Assembly: GCA_045592445.1 (NCBI GenBank)
Contig: JAZNUV010000004.1
Coordinates: forward strand, 1-59,429
Direction: 5' to 3'
Origin: Clostridia bacterium
Lineage (GTDB): Bacteria; Bacillota; Clostridia; UMGS1883; UMGS1540
DNA length: 59,429 nucleotides
Numbering within the stretch: the stretch's first letter is position 1; each line of letters begins with the position of its first letter. The notes under the pieces are model-generated. The model worked only from the letters and a program-made list of their open reading frames with translations. It did not search any database and was not told the DNA's origin. Below, in pieces: positions 8,547-17,278 of this stretch. The position numbers were made by a program, and so were the translations under genes.

Positions 8547-9890
8547 ATGAGCAGAATGTTTGGAACAGACGGAGTGCGAGGCATTGCCGGGCATGATCTA
8601 TCCCCGAGTCTCGCGTTTAAACTGGGTCGAGCAGGTGCATATGTTCTCTCTCAAAAAACATCCCACCCAAAGATCCTTGTCGGTAAAGACACTCGCCTTT
8701 CCGGCGATATGTTAGAAAACGCGCTTATTGCAGGTATTTTATCCGCAGGCGCAACTGCAATATCACTTGGTGTATTACCGACGCCTGCGGTCGCATACTT
8801 AACGCGCATACGCAATGCCGCAGCGGGTGTTGTGATTTCAGCATCCCATAATCCTGCAGAATATAATGGTATTAAGTTCTTTAGTGGTGATGGTTACAAA
8901 CTGCCCGACGCTGTTGAAGATGAAATTCAACGTGTGATAGAAGAGGACGCTGTTCCTGTCTATACGGGTGCCGATATCGGCAGGGCATATCACGATACTA
9001 CCGCCGTAGAAGATTATATGGCTTTTGCCGCAAAAACAATTTCTGTACGGCTCGATAATATGCGCCTTGCGGTAGACTGCGCAAATGGTGCTGCCTATAA
9101 GATTTCTCCCTCCGTGTTTGAAGCTTTGGGCGCATCCGTCACAGCAATACATACAGAACCTAATGGTCTTAACATCAATGCAGACTGTGGTTCTACGCAC
9201 CTGGAGTCTCTTTGTGACACTGTCCGAAACGGGAATTATGACCTCGGCATTGCGTTTGATGGCGATGCAGACCGCGTTTTACTTGTTGACGAGTGTGGAA
9301 ACCCCATCAGCGGCGATGCCATGATGGTTGCCTGCGCCATACATTTAAAAGAAAAGGGAAAGCTTTCAAACAACACCTTAGTTGCCACCATTATGAGTAA
9401 TCTTGGGCTTTCCATTGCTTGTAAAAAACATGGTATTTCCACTGTGGAAACAGCTGTTGGTGACCGCTATGTACTGGAAGCGATGCTAAAAGGCGGACAT
9501 TGTCTTGGCGGCGAGCAATCGGGGCATATCATTTTTTCCGAGCATGCCACCACGGGTGATGGTCTTGTTTCTGCCCTACAGTTTTTGTCAGTTATGCAGG
9601 AAAGCAAGAAAACTGCATCTGCTCTTGCCTCCACTGTACATATTCTGCCGCAGGTTTTGGAAAACGCAGTTGTCAGTCCCGAAAAAAAGCATCTTTATAA
9701 GACGGATTCTGTTATCTGCGCAGAAATTAGTCGCATCGAAAAGAAGCTTGTGGGATGTGGACGTGTTGTTATCCGCCCTTCCGGAACGGAACCGAATGTC
9801 CGCATTATGTTGGAAGGTGATAATATTGCCGTTCTGAAGGAAGAAGCCCTGGCCCTTGCAGGCTTAATTGAAACACGAATGCAGGCATAA
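8547..9890 (+). CDS. glmM: Phosphoglucosamine mutase
   Basis: FGTDGVRG, ISASHNP, FDGDADR, GGEQSGH and IRPSGTEP motifs. Confidence 0.95.
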   Translation: MSRMFGTDGVRGIAGHDLSPSLAFKLGRAGAYVLSQKTSHPKILVGKDTRLSGDMLENALIAGILSAGATAISLGVLPTPAVAYLTRIRNAAAGVVISASHNPAEYNGIKFFSGDGYKLPDAVEDEIQRVIEEDAVPVYTGADIGRAYHDTTAVEDYMAFAAKTISVRLDNMRLAVDCANGAAYKISPSVFEALGASVTAIHTEPNGLNINADCGSTHLESLCDTVRNGNYDLGIAFDGDADRVLLVDECGNPISGDAMMVACAIHLKEKGKLSNNTLVATIMSNLGLSIACKKHGISTVETAVGDRYVLEAMLKGGHCLGGEQSGHIIFSEHATTGDGLVSALQFLSVMQESKKTASALASTVHILPQVLENAVVSPEKKHLYKTDSVICAEISRIEKKLVGCGRVVIRPSGTEPNVRIMLEGDNIAVLKEEALALAGLIETRMQA

Positions 9891-9911
9891 AATCCTAAAA
9901 GGAGTTTTATC

Positions 9912-10958
9912 ATGGCGCGTATTACAAAGCTTTTTAAACTTTTAGATTCTATAGGCGCAGATGGTGCAATTTTTCAAAACGCCGAAAACATCTTTTATTT
10001 AAGTGGCTTTACAGGAGAAGGTACACTCATTATAACCCGAAATCATCGTTTCATTTTAACAGACTCTCGGTATACGCTCATGGCAAAACTTCAATCTCCC
10101 GACTTTGAGGTTCTGCCACATAATACCTCTATATCAGACAGTCTTTCAGATGTATCCTCCGTCGCTTATGAGGACGCTGATTTATCTGTTTCCGCTTTTG
10201 AAAAAATCAAGAATGCACTTTCGGAAAAGACATTGGTGCCCCTTGGTGAAGCTATGTTCACACTGCGTCAATACAAAGATGAAAAGGAACTTGCCGCCAT
10301 TTCTGCCGCCGTTCGCCTTGCGGACAATGCTTATGCCTATGCTCTAACACGGATTTGTCCCGGCATGCATGAATACGAGGTTGCTGCGCTTTTGGAAGGC
10401 TATATGCGGCGCGAGGCGGGCGCTTTGCCTTCATTTGAAACGATTGTAGCATCAGGTCCGCGGAGTGCTATGCCACACGGCACAGCGTCTGACCGTATCT
10501 TGCAAAAGGGGGATTTTCTCACCTTAGATTTTGGTTGTCGCCTCGGCGGATACTGTTCTGACATTACACGTACTGTTACGATTGGACCTGCCTCTGCAAG
10601 ACAAAAAGAAATCTATAACATCGTTTTATATGCACAAACACTTGCCGAAAACGCCGCCATTCGGGGTGTATCTTGTGCCGCGCTCGATAAAAAAGCGCGG
10701 GATTCTATTTGTAATTTCGGCTATGGTGACTACTTTGGGCATGCACTTGGGCATGGTGTAGGCCTTGCTATTCATGAATATCCGACGCTTTCATCACGTT
10801 CTGTACACGTTTTGGATATCGGCAGCGTATTCACTGTGGAGCCGGGTATCTACCTCCCCGACGAGGGCGGCGTACGTGTCGAGGATATGCTTTGTGTGAC
10901 CGAGGCGGGTACTGTAATTTTGACGCAAAGTCCAAAAACGTTAGTTGAGATTTTATAA
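9912..10958 (+). CDS. Xaa-Pro aminopeptidase/dipeptidase (M24B)
   Basis: DFG...YCSDITRT, HALGHGVGLAIHE, TVEPGIY and GGVRVED motifs. Confidence 0.9.
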   Translation: MARITKLFKLLDSIGADGAIFQNAENIFYLSGFTGEGTLIITRNHRFILTDSRYTLMAKLQSPDFEVLPHNTSISDSLSDVSSVAYEDADLSVSAFEKIKNALSEKTLVPLGEAMFTLRQYKDEKELAAISAAVRLADNAYAYALTRICPGMHEYEVAALLEGYMRREAGALPSFETIVASGPRSAMPHGTASDRILQKGDFLTLDFGCRLGGYCSDITRTVTIGPASARQKEIYNIVLYAQTLAENAAIRGVSCAALDKKARDSICNFGYGDYFGHALGHGVGLAIHEYPTLSSRSVHVLDIGSVFTVEPGIYLPDEGGVRVEDMLCVTEAGTVILTQSPKTLVEIL

Positions 10959-10966
10959 TTTTTTCC

Positions 10967-11008
10967 AATAAAAAAACAGCGTAGGTCTTCGACGCTGTTT
11001 TTTATTTT
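10967..11008. terminator. Bidirectional intrinsic terminator between convergent genes
   Basis: AATAAAAAAACAGCGT...ACGCTGTTTTTTATT stem flanked by A- and T-runs. Confidence 0.85.
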
Positions 11009-11009
11009 G

Positions 11010-12800
11010 CTATTGAATTGGTTCAAAATCTGCCGCACCATGCTTACAAATCGGACAAACAAAATCGTCAGGTAATGTATCTCCTTCATATACATATCCG
11101 CACACCTTGCAGACAAAGCCTTTTTTCCCTTTTGTTTGCGGCTTTGGCTTTACGTGGTTCTGGTAATAACTATACGTCATGGTTTCTGTATCCGAAACAA
11201 CGCGCGCCTCCGTGATACTGCAAATAAACATGCCATGCGTGCCTAAATCAACATACTGTTCCACACGAAGCGACATAAAGGCATTGATATATTCTGGCAA
11301 GCATGCAAGGTTATTATCGGAGCGGAGCACCTTAATACCTTCAAATTTATCCGCTACGCGACCGCTTTGGAAACCAAAACGTTCAAAAATGGAAAATGGT
11401 GTATCCTCAGACAGGCAGTTTACGTTCATGCTCCCTGTCTGCCGAATAACATGATGCGAATAGTTTTCCTTATTTATAGTTACGGAAATGCGGTTTGGCG
11501 TGCTGGTTACCTGCGATATGGCATTGACGATAAGACCGTTGTCTTTCTTCCCGTCATTCGACGTGACAACATAAAGCCCGTATCCGATACGAAAAAGAGC
11601 GGTCAGGTCATTTTTCATTTCACTTTTCTCCACATTATAATCGCGGCAAAGTTCCGATGCCATCGCATCAATTTGTTCCTTACTCTCCGCCTGCATTGCG
11701 GATTGAATTGTAACCGTATTTTCCGTAAACGTAAGATTTTTGGAATTTTCAAACATTTTTCTCATGGTTTTGATTGCCGTCGGTGCCCATGAACCATTTT
11801 CAATCAATCCAACAATACGGCCACTGAAGTTTCGTTCGGTCAAGTGGTCAATAAACGTGCGCATGAAGGGAAAAATATCCCCATTATATGTTGTAGTAGC
11901 CAGTACAAGCTTGCCGTATCGGAAGGCATCTTCCACCGCCTCTGCCATATCGCAACGCGCCAGGTCATTGATAACGACCTTCGGGCAGCCCTTTTCGCGC
12001 AGTTTATCCGCCAAAAGCTCGACTGCTTTTTTTGTATTCCCATAAACTGACGTATAGGCTATCATAACCCCTTCTGTTTCCACACCGTAGGATGACCAGA
12101 TATGATATAAATTCAGATAGTATCCAAGATTTTCTGTCAAAACCGGCCCATGTAAGGGGCAAATGATATCGATTGACAAAGATGACGCTTTTTTTAATAA
12201 ATTTTGCACCTGCGCGCCGTATTTGCCGACAATGCCAAAGTAGTAGCGGCGTGCTTCACAAGCCCAATCTTCCTCCACATCCAGTGCACCGAATTTTCCA
12301 AAGCCGTCTGCCGAAAAGAGCACACGGTCTTCCGCGTCATACGTTACCATAACCTCGGGCCAATGTACCATTGGTGCCGTTATAAATTGTAATGTATGCT
12401 TGCCGAGGGAAAGCTTGTCCCCTTCACCGACTATATATTGTCTTTCTTTAAAATCTGTTCCGAAAAATTGCCCCATCATGGCAAATGCTTTTGCAGTTGC
12501 AACAATTTCAACATTTGGATATGCCTTCACAAAATTCAGTATATTGGAGGAATGATCCGGCTCCATATGCTGCACAATCAGATATGCCGGCATTTTTCCG
12601 TCAAGAGCTTCCGCCACATTATCAAGCCACTCATGCCCAAAGCGTGCGTCCACTGTATCGAATACAGCCGGTTTTTCGTCCAATATCACATAGGAATTAT
12701 ACGCCATGCCGTTTTCCACAACATACTGTCCTTCGAAAAGGTCAATCTCATGGTCATTGACGCCTACATATTTTATATCGTTCGTAATCTGCATTTTCAT
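11010..12800 (-). CDS. Flavodiiron protein (FprA-type) fused to flavin reductase and rubredoxin domains
   Basis: MBL-fold HMEPDH, HWPE, FSADGFG and PLHGP; flavodoxin YTSVYGNT; flavin reductase YGLYVVTS..GTHGMFI; C-terminal CKVCGY..CPICK rubredoxin. Confidence 0.9.
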   Translation of the reverse strand: MKMQITNDIKYVGVNDHEIDLFEGQYVVENGMAYNSYVILDEKPAVFDTVDARFGHEWLDNVAEALDGKMPAYLIVQHMEPDHSSNILNFVKAYPNVEIVATAKAFAMMGQFFGTDFKERQYIVGEGDKLSLGKHTLQFITAPMVHWPEVMVTYDAEDRVLFSADGFGKFGALDVEEDWACEARRYYFGIVGKYGAQVQNLLKKASSLSIDIICPLHGPVLTENLGYYLNLYHIWSSYGVETEGVMIAYTSVYGNTKKAVELLADKLREKGCPKVVINDLARCDMAEAVEDAFRYGKLVLATTTYNGDIFPFMRTFIDHLTERNFSGRIVGLIENGSWAPTAIKTMRKMFENSKNLTFTENTVTIQSAMQAESKEQIDAMASELCRDYNVEKSEMKNDLTALFRIGYGLYVVTSNDGKKDNGLIVNAISQVTSTPNRISVTINKENYSHHVIRQTGSMNVNCLSEDTPFSIFERFGFQSGRVADKFEGIKVLRSDNNLACLPEYINAFMSLRVEQYVDLGTHGMFICSITEARVVSDTETMTYSYYQNHVKPKPQTKGKKGFVCKVCGYVYEGDTLPDDFVCPICKHGAADFEPIQ

Positions 12801-12818
12801 AGCCTCCCATTTTTTAAA

Positions 12819-12896
12819 ATTATACCATCGTTTCCAAAACGCGTCAAGTATTTCTTTCCGAAAAGCATTGCATTCAGACCGAAAATATGTTAAACT
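12819..12896. promoter_or_regulatory. Back-to-back sigmaA promoters for the flavodiiron and acyltransferase genes
   Basis: Minus: TTGACG(12842-47)-N17-TATAAT(12819-24) with TG; plus: TTGCAT(12868-73)-N17-TAAACT(12891-96) with TG. Confidence 0.7.
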
Positions 12897-12922
12897 TTGA
12901 AGAAATGGAAAGGAGTGGTAAT

Positions 12923-13954
12923 ATGTACACTGGCGTATCTCGGAAAACTGACGGGGATTTTTTACGTATCCTCGGTTCTTTTGCCGTTGTACTCATTCAT
13001 GTTATCGGTGAATATGTAGGGCCAGCACCTTATTCACCGTCCCTGATATGCCCTGCTACACTGAATGCGCTTTCCCATATCAGTATACCATTGTTCATTA
13101 TGCTGAGCGGACGATTTATGCTTTCCCGCACACCTTCCATCATGCACAGTTTAAAAAAGGCGAAAAAAACCGCCGTCCAACTTTTATGTTGGGGCGTGTT
13201 TTACCTTGCAGCAGATATACTGGTGATGGGTGCAAAACCTGTTTCCCTCGTTGCCGCACTTGGTGATATTTTGACAAAACCGCTCCACCTCTGGTATTTT
13301 TACACCGCCATTTCACTCTATTTGATGACGCCACTTCTCGGAATTTTTACTCATCATGCAACACAAAAGCAATTTATATTTGCCCTTTTATTCACGTTTT
13401 TACTCGGCTCCGTTTTGCATATTGTTGTCAGCAGTCCCTTTTGCGGTATCCTGCCTATACTCTTGGATAAAATGAAGCTATCCACCTCGGTCGGTTTCAT
13501 CTTTTGTTACTTGTTTGGTGACTACGTGTATCGATATGGCATTGCCGCACGCACGCGGAAAATATTGTATGTATCCGGCATAATACTCGCAATTATAATG
13601 CCCACACTCACATTATATTTTGCTTCTCTGCACGACGGCGCACCCGATTACACGCTGTATAGCTTTGTATCACCGACCGTTCTAGTCCCTGCAATGGGCG
13701 TTTTTGTATGGACAAAGCAGTTTTTTGCAAACCACACGCCACACGCCGTAACCTTTATCCGCGTTGTTGCATCTTTAACTCCCGGTATCTATGGGCTACA
13801 CATTTTCGTTCTGATGCTCTTGCCCCGCACGCTGCTATCCGCGCTTTCTCCCGGTCTGCGCGTAATTCTGCTGAGTTTCATGGTTTTTGCCGTATCCTGT
13901 TTCATGGTTTTTGCCGTAAAACAAATCATACCGCGTAGGAAAAATCAAGGATAA
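12923..13954 (+). CDS. Acyltransferase family 3 (surface polysaccharide O-acetyltransferase-like)
   Basis: DFLRILGSFAVVLIH, IPLFIMLSG, HLWYFY and GIYGLH motifs; about 10 TM helices; ATG 12923 after AAGGAG. Confidence 0.85.
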   Translation: MYTGVSRKTDGDFLRILGSFAVVLIHVIGEYVGPAPYSPSLICPATLNALSHISIPLFIMLSGRFMLSRTPSIMHSLKKAKKTAVQLLCWGVFYLAADILVMGAKPVSLVAALGDILTKPLHLWYFYTAISLYLMTPLLGIFTHHATQKQFIFALLFTFLLGSVLHIVVSSPFCGILPILLDKMKLSTSVGFIFCYLFGDYVYRYGIAARTRKILYVSGIILAIIMPTLTLYFASLHDGAPDYTLYSFVSPTVLVPAMGVFVWTKQFFANHTPHAVTFIRVVASLTPGIYGLHIFVLMLLPRTLLSALSPGLRVILLSFMVFAVSCFMVFAVKQIIPRRKNQG

Positions 13955-14388
13955 ATCAGTGCCGGCTCATTCTCTAAAACTGTGCCAAACGCTTTGGCCG
14001 CCTCTTTTGCCCCCTCAAGGTCATGGAATCGGTAATTTCCGCACTCCACCTCAGTTGCACCGAAAATATCACCGGAAAATGCACAAATCTCATCGAGGAC
14101 CTTTTTGATTTCATGCCATACTGTTCTATGGTCGGCATTTCGTATCAGAAGATAGAATCCGGTAAGGCATCCCATCGGTCCGAAATATAAAACATCCAGA
14201 TTTGTGTTTCGTATGTAGGTTGCAAACAAATGTTCAATGGTGTGCATGGCAGCAGGCGCAAGTGTTGTGCCGCAGTTTGGCTTACAAAAGCGTAAATCAT
14301 AGGTCGTGACATCACCATCTACTCTCGAAATATACATGCCCGGTACAATACGGGTGTGGTCAACCTTAAAGCTTTCTATTTTTTCCAT
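13945..14388 (-). CDS. luxS: S-ribosylhomocysteine lyase LuxS
   Basis: IESFKVDHT, HTIEH (HxxEH), GPMGCLTGFY and ECGNY motifs; start set at ATG 14388. Confidence 0.95.
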   Translation of the reverse strand: MEKIESFKVDHTRIVPGMYISRVDGDVTTYDLRFCKPNCGTTLAPAAMHTIEHLFATYIRNTNLDVLYFGPMGCLTGFYLLIRNADHRTVWHEIKKVLDEICAFSGDIFGATEVECGNYRFHDLEGAKEAAKAFGTVLENEPALIYP

Positions 14389-14409
14389 TGTAACTTCCTT
14401 TCTCATAGA

Positions 14410-14436
14410 GACGGACGGCTTTCGCCGTCCGTTTTA
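14410..14436 (+). terminator. GC-rich hairpin with T-tail on the plus strand only
   Basis: GACGGACGGC-TTTC-GCCGTCCGTT followed by TTT. Confidence 0.6.
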
Positions 14437-14601
14437 TAGTTTTTCCTCGTCCATGCTTTCACCGTCCCAGATAAAATCATTATCATATCTGTCGGTACGA
14501 TGAATTCTCTCTGGTTCGCTCATCTCGCCCTCTATATTTGGGCGATACTCAGGCACACTGCGCGGGTCACGGCCCGCCCCTTTGTAATTCTCATACTTCA
14601 T
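14434..14601 (-). CDS. Small acidic hypothetical protein, 55 aa (not in ORF track)
   Basis: Manual translation MKYENYKGAGRDPRSVPEYRPNIEGEMSEPERIHRTDRYDNDFIWDGESMDEEKL; GGAGG RBS at 14608-14612; fills the intergenic gap. Confidence 0.7.
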   Translation of the reverse strand: MKYENYKGAGRDPRSVPEYRPNIEGEMSEPERIHRTDRYDNDFIWDGESMDEEKL

Positions 14602-14684
14602 GGCGCACCTCCGTATTGTAAGATTTTGCTCTCCATATACAGTATACCATATCTTATCAAATTATACAATAAAAATTTTTTTCT

Positions 14685-14714
14685 GCATGTTTTTCTTGTC
14701 CCATTCATACCTAT
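14685..14714 (+). promoter_or_regulatory. Putative mother-cell sigmaE-type promoter for the M14 peptidase
   Basis: GCATGTT-N14-CATACCTAT resembles the sigmaE consensus. Confidence 0.4.
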
Positions 14715-14737
14715 CCAATAGAAAGGAGTGTAAAAAC

Positions 14738-16027
14738 ATGGAAACAGTACAACTTGGTGATCAGAATGTTTTTGTAGAATATTTGCAACTTGCACTTTCC
14801 CGTCTTGGCTACACCGTTACAATTGATGGCATATTCGGACCCGAAACAAGACGTGCCGTCCTTCGGTTTCAAACTACGGGGGGTCTTCGGGCAGACGGCA
14901 TTGTTGGCACACGAACATGGGCGGCACTAAAGCCCATTTTACGCGGTTTTGCCTATTATACGGTGCGTTCGGGCGATACCTTTTTCAGTATTGCAAATGC
15001 TTTCTTTACAAAAGTCGAAGCAATCCAAACTGCAAATCCAACAGTTGATGCTGAAAATCTTCCCGTAGGCGCGCGCATTGTGGTTCCTTACGGGTTTATG
15101 CTTGTACCTACCAATGTACGCTACACCTACGCGCTTACAATGCTTTTAGTGGAAGGGATCCGCGCCCGTTATCCGTTTATTCGCGAAAGCATCATCGGGA
15201 CAAGTGTAATGGGGAAAAATCTTTACAGCTTATCCATCGGTGCAGGTGAGCGTGAGGTTTTTTACAATGCATCCCATCACGCAAACGAGTGGATTACGAC
15301 TCCGCTTCTTTTTCAGTTTTTAGAAGAATATGCCGCCGCCTATGCAAACGCAGAAACAATTTACGGCTATTCAGCCTTATTTTTGTATGATAATATTACA
15401 CTTTATGCCATGCCACTTGTCAATCCGGATGGTGTGGATTTAGTCAACGGTGCCATCCCGACGGACAGCACCTTCTACACGCGCGCCGCCTCTTATGCGG
15501 CAAACTACCCCAATATTCCGTTTCCGTCGGGCTGGAAAGCAAATATTGAAGGGATTGATACAAATTTAAGCTACCCCGCGTATTGGGAGCGTGCGCGTGA
15601 GATAAAATTTAGTCAAGGCTTTACTTCCCCTGCACCGCGTGACTATGTAGGCCCCGCACCGCTTGCCGCCGTAGAATCTGCTGCAGTCTATAATTTTACC
15701 CGAGCACGTAATTTTCTTCTGACGCTTTCTTACCATACGCAAGGAGAGGTCATTTATTGGCGATTTTTGGACCTTTTACCGCCAAACTCTGCCGAAATTG
15801 CAGAAAGCTTTTCCGAAGCAAGTGGTTATTTGTTAGCGGAAACACCCATCCAAAGCGGCTATGCGGGATATAAGGACTGGTTTATTTTGGAATACAACCG
15901 CCCCGGCTATACAATAGAAGCGGGCAGCGGTATAAACCCACTGCCCCTCTCGCAATTTCCTAAGATATATGAAGATAATCTTGGTATATTCGTGCTGGGT
16001 ATGGCAGAAATTATCGACATGCCATAA
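14738..16027 (+). CDS. Gamma-D-glutamyl-meso-DAP peptidase-like M14 enzyme with PG-binding-1 and LysM domains
   Basis: LQLAL..IDGIFGPETRRAV..FQ (PG-binding); YTVRSGDTF (LysM); HHANEW, LVNPDG, SYHTQG and TIEAG (M14); ATG 14738 after AAGGAG. Confidence 0.88.
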   Translation: METVQLGDQNVFVEYLQLALSRLGYTVTIDGIFGPETRRAVLRFQTTGGLRADGIVGTRTWAALKPILRGFAYYTVRSGDTFFSIANAFFTKVEAIQTANPTVDAENLPVGARIVVPYGFMLVPTNVRYTYALTMLLVEGIRARYPFIRESIIGTSVMGKNLYSLSIGAGEREVFYNASHHANEWITTPLLFQFLEEYAAAYANAETIYGYSALFLYDNITLYAMPLVNPDGVDLVNGAIPTDSTFYTRAASYAANYPNIPFPSGWKANIEGIDTNLSYPAYWERAREIKFSQGFTSPAPRDYVGPAPLAAVESAAVYNFTRARNFLLTLSYHTQGEVIYWRFLDLLPPNSAEIAESFSEASGYLLAETPIQSGYAGYKDWFILEYNRPGYTIEAGSGINPLPLSQFPKIYEDNLGIFVLGMAEIIDMP

Positions 16028-16997
16028 AATCGCAAAGTTTAATATCGCATGACATTTCGCCTGCATGCACGTTCGAAACCTTGGCATAATCAGTTGAAAG
16101 ATATTTTTTATTATCATCTGCAAACACAGTGACAACTGTTCCACCCTGCGATGCCCAGACCTTAACAGCACCGAGGAAATTTGCACCGCCTGATACGCCT
16201 ACGCCAATTCCCAATGTTTCTGAAAGCATGCGTGCCATACAGATTGCATCGCCATCGTCTACAGAAATCACGTTGCTAAGTTCATCCAGATGAACAATTT
16301 CCGGAATAAACTCATCTGAAATACCGTATATACGATGCTGCCCCACCTTATAGCCGGTGGATAATGTAGGCGAATTTGCCGGTTCAAGGGGATAAATTTT
16401 GCAAGCAGGATTTGCCTCCAAAAGCCTTTGTCCAACGCCCATCACCGTGCCGCCGGTGCCTACACCTGCAACAAAACCGTCCGCGCAAAGTCCCATTGAC
16501 GCGAGTTGTGTATTGATTTCAAGCCCCGTGTACAAGTAATGCGTTCTTGTATTTTCGGGGTTTGAAAATTGTCTTGGTAAAAAAACATTCTCCTTCTCGC
16601 CTTCAGCCTCCGCCATTGCAATAGAACCTAAAAATCCACCCTCTGCCTTCGAAACCAATCTGACAGACGCCCCAAAGCTTTCCATAATGCTGATACGTTC
16701 CCGCGTCATCCAATCCGGCATATAGATCCGAACGGAATGACCAAGCGCACGCCCGACTGCTGCAAAAGAGATGCCTGTATTCCCGCTTGTGGCTTCAACA
16801 ATAGTATCACCCTTTTTTATTGTGCCCTCTTTATATGCTGTTTCCAGAACGTGCATTGCCACTCTGTCCTTGATGCTACCCGTCATATTAAAATATTCCG
16901 CCTTGGCGTAAACCGCGCCAACGCGTCCTTTATATGTAAATGTAATCTTCAAAAGCGGGGTGTTCCCCACAAGTCCTTTTAAATTTCGTATTTCCAC
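16011..16997 (-). CDS. cysK: Cysteine synthase family PLP enzyme
   Basis: VGNTPL, TGSIKDR, EATSGNTG and GVGTGGT motifs. Confidence 0.8.
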   Translation of the reverse strand: MEIRNLKGLVGNTPLLKITFTYKGRVGAVYAKAEYFNMTGSIKDRVAMHVLETAYKEGTIKKGDTIVEATSGNTGISFAAVGRALGHSVRIYMPDWMTRERISIMESFGASVRLVSKAEGGFLGSIAMAEAEGEKENVFLPRQFSNPENTRTHYLYTGLEINTQLASMGLCADGFVAGVGTGGTVMGVGQRLLEANPACKIYPLEPANSPTLSTGYKVGQHRIYGISDEFIPEIVHLDELSNVISVDDGDAICMARMLSETLGIGVGVSGGANFLGAVKVWASQGGTVVTVFADDNKKYLSTDYAKVSNVHAGEMSCDIKLCDFMACR

Positions 16998-17236
16998 CGT
17001 CTCACTCCTTCAGATTCTTTACTACCATTGTATACATAAATCGGTGTTTTGTCCTCTATTTTCGCAGAAAAAAGCGCAGAATGTAATAAATAATTTTATA
17101 AGGCTTTTCCAAAATCTTAACTGCAATGCTATTTTTTATCCACGCGCTTTTAAAAAACAACACCAAAAGGCTTTCATGCCATGCCTCTCTAAAATATTGC
17201 GTCACTTGCCATGCTTTGCTCGCATATAAAATCTCC

Positions 17237-17274
17237 AAAAAAATGTCCATATTCTCAGTATGGACATTTTTTTT
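17237..17274. terminator. Intrinsic terminator after fakA (symmetric)
   Basis: AAAAAAATGTCCATA-N7-TATGGACATTTTTTT. Confidence 0.85.
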
Positions 17275-17278
17275 AATT

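Noticed and set aside
12849-12917. Anti-RBS pairing before the acyltransferase (similar weak cases at 305-352 and 37684-37745)
   Set aside because: Relies on several G-U pairs from pyrimidine tracts; illustrates the chance background, so not counted as an insulator.
14600-14737. N-terminal extension of the M14 peptidase
   Set aside because: It covers the divergent promoter region; a strong RBS precedes ATG 14738.
16998-17236. Intergenic stretch upstream of cysK as a possible S-box, T-box or sRNA
   Set aside because: No riboswitch motifs or convincing stems found; the short ORFs lack an RBS.
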